Counted from the stretch's first letter, positions 7,974 to 15,711 are shown. The stretch: 24,000 nucleotides of DNA from an uncultured Eubacteriales bacterium (GCA_902765735.1 CACXBB010000001.1:88638-112637); one strand, 5' to 3'. Made by a program: numbers and translations. Notes: generated by a model from the sequence alone, not told the origin.

Positions 7974-8524
7974 TGGACACAATATGCTTTGGCGGCGTCC
8001 CCTGCCCGGTCATAAGGCTGCTGGGCAGGGGAAAGGGCGGCTACTCCTACCTCGTTGAGCGGGACGGCAGGCCGTTCGTGATCAAGCAGATCCACCACGA
8101 GCCCTGCGACTACTACGCCTTTGGGGACAAGCTGCAAAGCGAGTTGAACGACTACCGGCGGCTGACCGATGCCGGCATCCCCGTGCCGGAGCTGATCGAC
8201 GTGGACCGGCCGGGGGAGCGGCTCATGAAGGCGTACATCAAGGGGCCCACCGTCATGGAGCGCCTCATGGACGGCGGGGACGTTACGCCATACCTGCCCG
8301 CCGTGCGCCGGATGGCCGAACGGGCCCGGGCCCACGGGCTCAACATCGACTACTTCCCGACCAACTTCGTGATCCGGGCGGACGGGCTGTGGTACATCGA
8401 CTATGAGTGCAACGACTACATGCCCGAGTGGGACTTCGAGCACTGGGGCGTGAGGTACTGGTCGCATACCCCTGAGCTGGAAACCTGGTTATCACAACAA
8501 TCCTCCGGAAAGGAAACCACATGA
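7973..8524 (+). CDS. Small protein-kinase-like fold protein (Bud32/RIO/Kdo-kinase-like), function unknown
   Basis: The ATG at 7973 overlaps the pheT TGA (tgATGa type coupling). LLGRGKGGYSYLV is a Gly-rich loop and VIKQI a candidate catalytic Lys. HGLNIDYFPTNFV fits the catalytic loop D-x4-N, and LWYIDYE is DFG-like. At 183 aa it is a minimal kinase core. Confidence 0.55.
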   Translation: MDTICFGGVPCPVIRLLGRGKGGYSYLVERDGRPFVIKQIHHEPCDYYAFGDKLQSELNDYRRLTDAGIPVPELIDVDRPGERLMKAYIKGPTVMERLMDGGDVTPYLPAVRRMAERARAHGLNIDYFPTNFVIRADGLWYIDYECNDYMPEWDFEHWGVRYWSHTPELETWLSQQSSGKETT

Positions 8525-9918
8525 ACACCGATATCGTCATCATCGGCGCGGGCCCGGCGGGCATATTCACCGCGCTGGAGCTGATCCGCAAGGGCAGTCA
8601 GAAGAAGATCACCCTCTGCGAGAAGGGCGCGGCCATCGAAAACCGGCGCTGCCCCAAGGCAAAGACGCAGAAGTGCGTCAACTGCAAGCCATACTGCCAC
8701 ATCACCACCGGTTTTTCCGGGGCGGGGGCGTTCTCCGACGGCAAGCTGTCGCTGTCCTATGAGGTGGGCGGCGACCTGCCCACCCTCATCGGCGAGGACC
8801 TGGCGCAGGAGACCATCCACTACGCGGATTCCATCTACCTTGAGTTCGGCGCGGACACCCACATCGAGGGCGTCGGCAACACCGAGGCGGTCAAGGACAT
8901 CCGCAAGCGCGCCATACAGGCGGGCCTCAAGCTGGTGGACTGCCCCATACGCCACCTGGGCACCGAGAAGGCCCAGACCATCTACTACGGCATCGAGCAG
9001 TACCTGCTGGAGCACGGCGTGGAGATGCTGTTCGGCTGCGAGTGCCGCGACCTGATCTTAAAGGACGGTGCGTGCCTCGGCGTTCGGGTGGTTGTGGATG
9101 GTGAGGAGCGCGAGATTTTGGCCGAGCGCACGGTGGTGGCCACCGGCCGCCGCGGCGCAGACTGGCTGGAGGGCCTGTGCGCCGAGCACGGCATCGCCCA
9201 TTCCCCGGGCACGGTGGACATCGGCGTGCGGGTGGAGTGCCGCAACGAGATCATGGAGAAGGTCAATGAGGTGCTCTATGAGTCCAAGCTCATCGGCTAT
9301 CCCAAGCCCTTCAAGAACAAGGTGCGCACCTTCTGCCAGAATCCCGGCGGGTTCGTGAGTCAGGAGAACTACGACAACAACCTGGCGGTGGTCAACGGCC
9401 ACTCCTACAAGGAGAAGAAGTCCCCGAACACCAACCTGTCCATACTGTGCAGCCACAATTTCTCCGTGCCCTTCAATCAGCCCATCGCCTACGCCCAGAA
9501 GGTGGGCGAGCTGACCAACATGCTGGGCGCGGGACACATACTGGTGCAGCGCTTCGGCGACATACTGGACGGCAAGCGCACCTGGCAGAAGGAGCTCAAT
9601 CAGTCCAACGTCAAACCCACGCTGCCGGACGCCGTGGCGGGGGACATCACCGCCGCCATGCCCTACCGGGCAATGATCAACATCATCAACTTCATCCACG
9701 CCATGGACCACGTAGTGCCGGGCTTCGCGTCCTACGAGACGCTGCTGTACTCCCCGGAGCTCAAGTTCTACTCCAACCGCGTGAAGATGGATGAACACTT
9801 CAACACCTCCATCCGGGGCCTGCACTGCCTTGGAGACTCCAGCGGCTGGACCCGCGGGCTGATGATGGCCAGCGTGATGGGCGTGCTGATGGGCCGGGAG
9901 ATCGCCGCGGAATCATGA
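8521..9918 (+). CDS. FAD-dependent oxidoreductase, COG2509-like (uncharacterized FAD-dependent dehydrogenase)
   Basis: The ATG at 8521 overlaps the upstream TGA (ATGA). N-terminal DIVIIGAGPAGIFTALEL forms a dinucleotide-binding fold. A Cys cluster CPKAKTQKCVNCKPYC is present, and the 465-aa length matches this family. Confidence 0.8.
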   Translation: MNTDIVIIGAGPAGIFTALELIRKGSQKKITLCEKGAAIENRRCPKAKTQKCVNCKPYCHITTGFSGAGAFSDGKLSLSYEVGGDLPTLIGEDLAQETIHYADSIYLEFGADTHIEGVGNTEAVKDIRKRAIQAGLKLVDCPIRHLGTEKAQTIYYGIEQYLLEHGVEMLFGCECRDLILKDGACLGVRVVVDGEEREILAERTVVATGRRGADWLEGLCAEHGIAHSPGTVDIGVRVECRNEIMEKVNEVLYESKLIGYPKPFKNKVRTFCQNPGGFVSQENYDNNLAVVNGHSYKEKKSPNTNLSILCSHNFSVPFNQPIAYAQKVGELTNMLGAGHILVQRFGDILDGKRTWQKELNQSNVKPTLPDAVAGDITAAMPYRAMINIINFIHAMDHVVPGFASYETLLYSPELKFYSNRVKMDEHFNTSIRGLHCLGDSSGWTRGLMMASVMGVLMGREIAAES

Positions 9919-9933
9919 CGATTCGCACACCCC

Positions 9934-9960
9934 CGTAGGGACGCCCCTTGGGGCGTCCGC
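9934..9960. repeat. Hairpin repeat module A variant (CGTAGGGACGCC-ccttgg-GGCGTCCGC)
   Basis: It shares both flanks and the stem with the 3537-3562 and 22120-22145 copies, and only the loop differs. It lies in the gap between the FAD gene and the XRE gene. Confidence 0.8.
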
Positions 9961-9990
9961 AACGAGATATATGACAAGGAGTGCTGACAG

Positions 9991-10539
9991 ATGAACGACT
10001 ACAACGAGATTGGCGCGAGGCTGAGGGAGCTTCGCGAGGTCAGCGACTACACCATCGAGGAGCTGGCGGCGGAGCTTCGGCTGACCCCGGAGGTGTACGC
10101 CTCCTACGAGCAGAACGGCAAGGACGTGCCCATCAGCGTGATCTACGAAATCGCCAACAAGTTCAAGGTGGACTTCACCGAGATCGTCACCGGGCAGAGC
10201 GCCAAGCTGGAGACCTACCACCTGATCCGGCGCGGCGGCGGCAAGATCGTCAACCGCAACCCGGAGTATCACTTCGAGGACCTGGCCTTCCGCTACGCCA
10301 ACAAGGTCATGCAGCCCCTGCTGGTGACCCTGGAGCCCACCGAGGCCGTGGCGAAGCTGATCACCCACAGCGGCCAGGAGTTCAACATGGTGCTGGAGGG
10401 CACGGTGATCGTCACCCTGGGCGACAAGGAGTTCGTGATGAACCCCGGCGACACCATCTACTTCAATCCCACCATTCCCCACGGCCAGCGCTGCGGCGGG
10501 GACGTCAAGGCGCGCTTTCTGACGGTGATCGCCGAGTAA
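9991..10539 (+). CDS. XRE-family HTH transcriptional regulator with C-terminal cupin domain
   Basis: IGARLRELREVSDYTIEELAAELRLTPEVYASYEQNGKDVPISVIYEIANKF forms an HTH_3 domain. C-terminal GQEFNMVLEGTVIV...GDTIYFNPTIPHG forms a cupin. RBS AAGGAG is present. Confidence 0.85.
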   Translation: MNDYNEIGARLRELREVSDYTIEELAAELRLTPEVYASYEQNGKDVPISVIYEIANKFKVDFTEIVTGQSAKLETYHLIRRGGGKIVNRNPEYHFEDLAFRYANKVMQPLLVTLEPTEAVAKLITHSGQEFNMVLEGTVIVTLGDKEFVMNPGDTIYFNPTIPHGQRCGGDVKARFLTVIAE

Positions 10540-10552
10540 GGGGGGAGACTGC

Positions 10553-12256
10553 ATGAATTACCTGCTGAATAAATTCCTGCCTCAGATCGAGTTTGACAGC
10601 TACGAGGCATTCAGGGAGAAGTTCACCATCAACGTGCCGGAGGACTTCAACTTCGGCTACGACGTGGTGGACGCCTGGGCCAAGGAGGAGCCCGACAAGC
10701 GGGCGCTTCTGTGGGTCAGCGAGGAGGGGGAGGAGAAGACCTTCACCTTCACCGACATCATGAAGCTGTCCAACCGCGTGGCCAACTTCCTGCGGGGCCT
10801 GGGGCTCAAAAAGGGCGACGTGGTGATGATGATACTGCGCCGCCGCTGGGAGTACTGGGTGTGCGCCACGGCGCTGCACAAGCTGGGCGTCATACTGATC
10901 CCCGCCACGCTGCAGCTGACTAAGAAGGACATCGTGTACCGCGGCAACGCCGCCGGGGTGAAGGCCGTGATCTGCGTGGACGACCCGTTCGTGGTGCAGC
11001 AGATGGAGCTGTCCGCGCCGGAGATACCGTCCCTTGAGAACAGGATACTGGTCGGCGCGCCCCGGGAGGGCTGGCTCGACCTGCACGCGGAGATGGACCG
11101 ATGCCCCGAGACCTTCGAGCGCCCGACGGGCGATCAGGCCACCCGCTGGAACGATGTGATGCTGGTGTACTTCACCAGCGGCACCACCGGCATGCCCAAG
11201 CTGGTGCAGCACAACTTCGCCTACCCGCTGGGGCACATCGTCACCGCCAAATACTGGCAGCACGTGGAGGAGAACAAACTCCACATGAGCGTGTCGGACT
11301 CCGGCTGGGCCAAGTTCGGCTGGGGCAAGATCTACGGCCAGTGGATCTGCGGCGCGACCATATTCTGCTACGACATGGTGGGCCGCTTCAACCCCGCCAA
11401 CCTGTTAAAAAAGGTGCAGGACTACCGGGTGACCACCTTCTGCGTGCCGCCGACGATGTACCGCTTCATGCTCCAGGAGGATCTAAGCCAGTTCGACCTG
11501 TCCAGCCTGCACCACTGCGCCACCGCCGGCGAGCCGCTGAACCCCGAGGTGGTCAAGCAGTGGAAGGAGAAGGTGGGACACCAGATCTACGAGGGCTTCG
11601 GCCAGTCCGAGGGCCCGGTGCTGATCGCCAACTTCGGCAGCGAGTGGTTTGAGCCCATCCAGGGCTCCACCGGTAAGCCGAACCCGCTGTTCGACATACA
11701 GCTTCTCGACAACGACGACAACGTCTGCGAGGACGGCGACGAGGGCTCCCTCACCATCATGGACGTGAAGCACCATCCGCCCGTGGGCCTGTTCACCGGC
11801 TACTACAAGAATCCCGAGATGACCGAGGAGAAGCTGGGCGGCATCGGCTACAACACCGGCGACGTGCTCTGGCGTGACAGCGAGGGCTACTACCGCTTCG
11901 TGGGCCGCAACGACGACGTGATCAAGTGCTCCGGCTACCGCATCGGGCCCTTCGAGGTGGAGTCCGCACTGATCGCCCACGACGCCGTGGTGGAGTGCGC
12001 CATCACCGGCGCGCCCGACCCCATCCGCGGGCAGATCGTCAAGGCCACCGTGGTGCTGGCCAAGGGCTACACCCCCTCCGAGGCGCTGACCAAGGAGCTC
12101 CAGAACCACGTCAAGAAGCTCACCGCGCCCTATAAGTACCCCCGCGTGATCGAGTACGTGGACGAGCTGCCCAAGACCGTCGGCGGCAAGATCAAGCGCG
12201 CCATGATCCGCAAGCAGGACGAGGATGCGTTCGATGCGACGGCGCAGCAGCGCTGA
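10553..12256 (+). CDS. AMP-forming acyl-CoA synthetase (medium-chain ACSM/AcsA-like, ANL superfamily)
   Basis: ANL signature motifs are present: YFTSGTTGMPKLV, YEGFGQSE, NTGDV...YYRFVGRNDDVIKCSGYRIGPFEVESAL and PKTVGGKIKR. It starts 13 nt after the regulator, with RBS GGGGGGAG. Confidence 0.9.
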   Translation: MNYLLNKFLPQIEFDSYEAFREKFTINVPEDFNFGYDVVDAWAKEEPDKRALLWVSEEGEEKTFTFTDIMKLSNRVANFLRGLGLKKGDVVMMILRRRWEYWVCATALHKLGVILIPATLQLTKKDIVYRGNAAGVKAVICVDDPFVVQQMELSAPEIPSLENRILVGAPREGWLDLHAEMDRCPETFERPTGDQATRWNDVMLVYFTSGTTGMPKLVQHNFAYPLGHIVTAKYWQHVEENKLHMSVSDSGWAKFGWGKIYGQWICGATIFCYDMVGRFNPANLLKKVQDYRVTTFCVPPTMYRFMLQEDLSQFDLSSLHHCATAGEPLNPEVVKQWKEKVGHQIYEGFGQSEGPVLIANFGSEWFEPIQGSTGKPNPLFDIQLLDNDDNVCEDGDEGSLTIMDVKHHPPVGLFTGYYKNPEMTEEKLGGIGYNTGDVLWRDSEGYYRFVGRNDDVIKCSGYRIGPFEVESALIAHDAVVECAITGAPDPIRGQIVKATVVLAKGYTPSEALTKELQNHVKKLTAPYKYPRVIEYVDELPKTVGGKIKRAMIRKQDEDAFDATAQQR

Positions 12257-12290
12257 TAAACGGAAATTTGCGAAACAAATTCCCGTTGGA

Positions 12291-12339
12291 GGGAACAGGG
12301 AACAGGGAACAGGGAACAGGGAACAGGGAACAGGGAACA
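12291..12339 (+). repeat. Perfect 7-bp tandem array (GGGAACA)x7, followed by a degenerate GGAATAG unit
   Basis: Counted directly: seven exact GGGAACA units occupy 12291-12339. The G-rich strand is the sense strand of the upstream synthetase gene. The array fits the G3-N4-G3 quadruplex pattern. Confidence 0.95.
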
Positions 12340-12355
12340 GGAATAGCCGGTTCCT

Positions 12356-12532
12356 CCGTAGGGGCGGCGATGCGCCGCCCGCCCAAAAGCCTTCCCCTTC
12401 AGGGGAAGGTGGCTGGCCGCAGGCCAGACGAAAGAGGTCGTCACCCCCCGTAGGGCCGGCGATGCGCCGCCCGCCCAAAGCCTTCCCCTTGAGGGGAAGG
12501 TGGACCGCCGTAGGCGGGACGGATGAGGTGCC
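12356..12532 (+). repeat. Two tandem direct copies of the modular triple-hairpin repeat unit
   Basis: Unit 1 (12356-12447): CCGTAGGGGCGGCGatgCGCCGCCCGC + CCAAAAGCCTTCCCCTTCAGGGGAAGGTGG + CTGGCCgcaGGCCAG + ACGAAAGAGGTCGTCACCCC. Unit 2 (12448-12532) has the same order with variant stems (GGGCCGGCG.., CCGCCgtaGGCGG) and tail GACGGATGAGGTGCC. Confidence 0.9.
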
Positions 12533-12554
12533 TATCCTACAACATAACGTGAAG

Positions 12555-12596
12555 AACCAAAGCACCCCGTCCGTTTCCGGACGGGGTGCTTTGGTT
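12555..12596 (-). terminator. Intrinsic terminator downstream of rpmF (perfect 19-bp stem)
   Basis: AACCAAAGCACCCCGTCCG-tttc-CGGACGGGGTGCTTTGGTT. On the minus-strand RNA the stem ends in UUUGGUU followed by CUUCACGUUAUGUU. It begins 9 nt after the rpmF stop. Confidence 0.8.
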
Positions 12597-12604
12597 AAGC
12601 GCCA

Positions 12605-12796
12605 TTACTTGGTGGCAGCTTCTACCTTGATGATCTCCTGGCCATCATAATAGCCGCAGAACCGGCAGACGCGGTGGCTCAGCTTCATCTTCGCGCAACG
12701 GGGGCACTTGACGATGCCCGGCGCGGACAGCTTCCAATGCGCGCTGCGACGGGAATCCCGCCTTGCCTTGGAGACTTTTCCCTTCGGAGTGGCCAT
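12605..12796 (-). CDS. rpmF: 50S ribosomal protein L32
   Basis: MATPKGKVSKARRDSRRSAHWKLSAPGIVKCPRCAKMKLSHRVCRFCGYY shows the L32 signature with a CxxC...CxxC zinc ribbon. Confidence 0.95.
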   Translation of the reverse strand: MATPKGKVSKARRDSRRSAHWKLSAPGIVKCPRCAKMKLSHRVCRFCGYYDGQEIIKVEAATK

Positions 12797-12798
12797 AG

Positions 12799-13308
12799 TT
12801 ACACCTCCTCATCCTTTAGCACAATACTTTTTAATGCCGAAAAGGGGTTCATAACCTCGGCTCCCTCCTGGCATGTGCAGGTACCCTTGTTCAGGTTGAT
12901 GCCGCAGACGGGACACAGTCCCCTGCAATCCTCGCCGCACAGGCTGCGCATGGGCAGCTCCAGCAGCAGGGCATCCCTGACGGCGTCCGTCAGCTCGATG
13001 GTCGAGGCTTCAAAGCTGTACAGATCCGGATCTTCGGGGTCGGGCTGCCGGTCATACACGGCGTCCACCGTCGCGCGCACAGCGACGCAAATCGGCTCCA
13101 GACACCGCGAGCAGCGGGTTTCCGCCCGGGCGCTGACCTCGGCCTTCACGCTGATGCGGTTGTCCCCCGGGCAGAGGTACTCGCCCTCGACCCTGACGTC
13201 CACGAAGTGGACGGGATCGCTCAAAACCTCCATCGGCGCGATCTCGATTTCCGCTTCAAACGGAAAGACCTGACCGGGATTCTTGAGCGCCCTGGAAACA
13301 TCCAACAC
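12799..13308 (-). CDS. yceD: YceD/DUF177 family protein (large-subunit rRNA/ribosome maturation associated)
   Basis: It keeps the conserved position immediately upstream of rpmF. A C-terminal Cys-rich segment CGEDCRGLCPVCGINLNKGTCTC is typical of DUF177. GTG start at 13308 follows AGGGGGA. Confidence 0.85.
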   Translation of the reverse strand: MLDVSRALKNPGQVFPFEAEIEIAPMEVLSDPVHFVDVRVEGEYLCPGDNRISVKAEVSARAETRCSRCLEPICVAVRATVDAVYDRQPDPEDPDLYSFEASTIELTDAVRDALLLELPMRSLCGEDCRGLCPVCGINLNKGTCTCQEGAEVMNPFSALKSIVLKDEEV

Positions 13309-13332
13309 CGGAAATTCCCCCTAACCCGAACT

Positions 13333-13361
13333 ATTATATACGCTTACGGCGCATTTGGCAA
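13333..13361 (-). promoter_or_regulatory. Putative sigma-A promoter for yceD-rpmF
   Basis: Reverse strand reads TTGCCA (13361-13356), a 17-nt spacer, then TATAAT (13338-13333), in the 62-nt gap after ackA. Confidence 0.6.
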
Positions 13362-13370
13362 GTTATTTTT

Positions 13371-14624
13371 TTATTTCTTCGCAGACAACTCCAGCGTGTC
13401 GCGGGCGATGGCCAGCTCCTCGTTGGTGGGGATGACCCAGACCTGCACCTTGCTGTCGTCGGCGGAGATCTTCGCCTCCTCGCCGCGCACCTTGTTGCGC
13501 TCGGCGTCCAGCTTGATGCCGAAGCACTCCAGGCCCTCGAGAGCGCGGGCGCGGCCGGCCACGTCGTTTTCACCGATGCCGGCGGTGAAGATGATGGCGT
13601 CCACGCCGCCCATGGCTGCGATGAAGGAGCCGATGTACTTGCGCAGCACATAGCCCCACATGTCGATGGCGAGGATGGCGTTGGGCTCGCCGGCGTCATA
13701 GCGGGCGCAGACGTTGCGCATGTCGGAGTCGCCCGCCAGGCCCAGCAGGCCGGACTTTTTGTTCATCATGGTCAGCACTTCGGTGGGGGTCATGTTCTTG
13801 CGGTTGCAGATGAACTCCACCACGGCGGGGTCCAGCGTGCCGCAGCGGGTGCCCATCACCAGGCCGTCCAGAGGCGTGATGCCCATGGTGGTGTCCACGC
13901 ACTTGCCGTCCACGCAGGCGGACAGGGAGGAGCCGTTGCCCAGGTGGCAGATGATGATCTTATTGCCCTTGGGCAGCTTCAGAAGCTCCTGAGCGCGCGC
14001 CGCGATGTAGCGGTGGGAGGTGCCGTGGAAGCCGTACTTGCGGATGTGCAGGTCGGTGTAGTACTCGTTGGGGATGGCGTAGCGGAACGCCTTGGGGGGC
14101 ATGGTCTGATGGAAGGCGGTGTCGAACACGGCCACCTGCGGCACGTCCGGCAGCACCTCCTGGCAGGCGCGGATGCCCATCAGGTTGGCGGGGTTGTGCA
14201 GCGGGCCCAGCGGGATGTTCTCCTCGATTGCGGCGATGCAGGCGTCGTCGATCAGGCAGGAGGCGGTGAACTTCTCGCCGCCGTGCAGCACGCGGTGGCC
14301 CACCGCGCCGATCTCCTTCAGGTCGGAGATCACGCCGGTGCCGGTCAGGTGCGGCTTGCCGTCGTCGGCGTCATATTCGGCCGCGGTGCAGTCCTTGCCC
14401 ACCAGCACGGCCAGCACGATCTCCATGGCCCTGGCGTGGGTGTCGCACTTCTTGAGCTGCTTCTGCTTGATCTTCTTGCCGTCCCACTCGTAGGTCAGGT
14501 CGGTGGTGGGGTCTACGGTGCCGATGCGCTCGACAAGGCCCTTGGCGATCACGGACTCGTTGTCCATGTCGATGAGCTGGAACTTCAGGGAGGAGGAACC
14601 GGCGTTGATAACGAGGATTTTCAT
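13371..14624 (-). CDS. ackA: Acetate kinase
   Basis: MKILVINAGSSSLKFQLIDM..., ...GHRVLHGGEKF..., ...YGFHGTSHRY... and ...FTAGIGEN... are canonical AckA motifs. RBS AAGGAGAG is present. Confidence 0.97.
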   Translation of the reverse strand: MKILVINAGSSSLKFQLIDMDNESVIAKGLVERIGTVDPTTDLTYEWDGKKIKQKQLKKCDTHARAMEIVLAVLVGKDCTAAEYDADDGKPHLTGTGVISDLKEIGAVGHRVLHGGEKFTASCLIDDACIAAIEENIPLGPLHNPANLMGIRACQEVLPDVPQVAVFDTAFHQTMPPKAFRYAIPNEYYTDLHIRKYGFHGTSHRYIAARAQELLKLPKGNKIIICHLGNGSSLSACVDGKCVDTTMGITPLDGLVMGTRCGTLDPAVVEFICNRKNMTPTEVLTMMNKKSGLLGLAGDSDMRNVCARYDAGEPNAILAIDMWGYVLRKYIGSFIAAMGGVDAIIFTAGIGENDVAGRARALEGLECFGIKLDAERNKVRGEEAKISADDSKVQVWVIPTNEELAIARDTLELSAKK

Positions 14625-14639
14625 AGTATACTCTCCTTC

Positions 14640-15626
14640 TTACTGTGCCTGGCAGGCGGTGATGGCGACGGTCGCGACGATGTCCTCGGCGGAGCAGCCG
14701 CGGGACAGGTCGTTGCAGGGCTTGGCGATGCCCTGGAGGATGGGGCCGTAGGCCTCGGCGCCCGCGAGGCGCTGAACCAGCTTGTAGCCGATGTTGCCGG
14801 CGTCGAGATCGGGGAACACGAGGGTGTTGGCGTGGCCGGCCACGGGGCTGCCTGGGGCCTTCAGCTGGCCGACCTTCTCAACCAGCGCGGCGTCGAGCTG
14901 CAGCTCGCCGTCCAGCATCAGGTCGGGGGCCATCTCCTTGGCGATGCGGGTGGCTTCCTGCACCTTGGTCACGTTGTCGTGCTTGGCGGATCCCTTGGTG
15001 GAGAAGCTCAGCATGGCCACGCGGGGCTCCATGCCGGCCAGGGAGCGGGCGGAATCCGCCGCGCCCAGGGCGATGTTGGCGAGCTGCTCGGCGTCGGGAT
15101 CGATGTTCACGCCGCAGTCGGAGAAGATCATCACGCCGTTGTCGCCGTAGGCCTTGTTGGGGCACTCCATCAGGAAGCAGGAGGACACGGTCTTGATGCC
15201 GGGCTTGGACTTGATGATCTGCAGCGCGGGGCGCAGCATGTCGCCGGTGGAGTGGATCGCGCCGGACACCAGGCCGTCGGCGTCGCCCATCTTGACCATC
15301 ATGATGCCGTAGTACATGGGGTCCTTCACCATCGCGGCGGCCTTCTCCTCGGTCACGCCCTTGGCCTTGCGCAGCTCGTAGAGCTGGGCCGCGTATGCGC
15401 CGGCCTTGTCGCTGGCAGCGGGATCGATGATGTCGATGCCGGTCAGGTCGGCGCCCGCGGCGACTTCCTTCACCTTGTCGGGATTGCCCAGCAGGGTCAG
15501 CTTCGCCAGGCCCTGGTCGCGGACCATCACGGCCGCCTGCACGTTGCGGATCTCCTCGCCCTCGGGCAGCACGATGTGCTTCACGTCAGCCTTTGCCTTC
15601 GCCTTGATCTTATCGATAATTGCCAT
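14640..15626 (-). CDS. pta: Phosphate acetyltransferase
   Basis: MAIIDKIKAKAKADVKHIVLPEGEEIR...GADGLVSGAIHSTGD...SDCGVNIDPDAEQLA... matches the Pta (PTA_PTB) family. It lies 15 nt upstream of ackA, with RBS GGAGGGAAAG. Confidence 0.95.
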   Translation of the reverse strand: MAIIDKIKAKAKADVKHIVLPEGEEIRNVQAAVMVRDQGLAKLTLLGNPDKVKEVAAGADLTGIDIIDPAASDKAGAYAAQLYELRKAKGVTEEKAAAMVKDPMYYGIMMVKMGDADGLVSGAIHSTGDMLRPALQIIKSKPGIKTVSSCFLMECPNKAYGDNGVMIFSDCGVNIDPDAEQLANIALGAADSARSLAGMEPRVAMLSFSTKGSAKHDNVTKVQEATRIAKEMAPDLMLDGELQLDAALVEKVGQLKAPGSPVAGHANTLVFPDLDAGNIGYKLVQRLAGAEAYGPILQGIAKPCNDLSRGCSAEDIVATVAITACQAQ

Positions 15627-15682
15627 GGTCTTTCCCTCCGTTTTATTTGCGCATCACACGCAATTTTATTTCATCATTTCAT

Positions 15683-15711
15683 ATTATACGATATTTTGTC
15701 GTATTTGAAAA
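15683..15711 (-). promoter_or_regulatory. Putative proximal sigma-A promoter for pta-ackA
   Basis: Reverse strand reads TTTTCA (15711-15706), a 17-nt spacer, then TATAAT (15688-15683), in the AT-rich leader. Confidence 0.4.

Noticed and set aside
12291-12532. Possible CRISPR array (repeated units in an intergenic region); the same question arises for 18537-18774
   Set aside because: The tandem units are only 7 bp with no spacers. The larger units (~85-92 bp) occur twice in tandem or as an inverted pair, with no unique spacers of regular length. There is no leader and no cas genes in the window.
12225-12650. ORFs translating the repeat regions, e.g. GTGNREQGTGNREQ and PSPSGEGGW here, and FPVPCSLFPVPCS and LPLKGKA on the other strand. 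The same applies to 12130-12444, 12192-12386, 12268-12453, 18596-18886, 18608-18985, 18655-18954 and 18667-18936
   Set aside because: Open frames exist in several phases on both strands across the same DNA. The periodic peptides are just read-through of 7-bp arrays and hairpin repeats. No RBS is present, and the DNA-level palindromes and covariation explain the conservation better than coding does.
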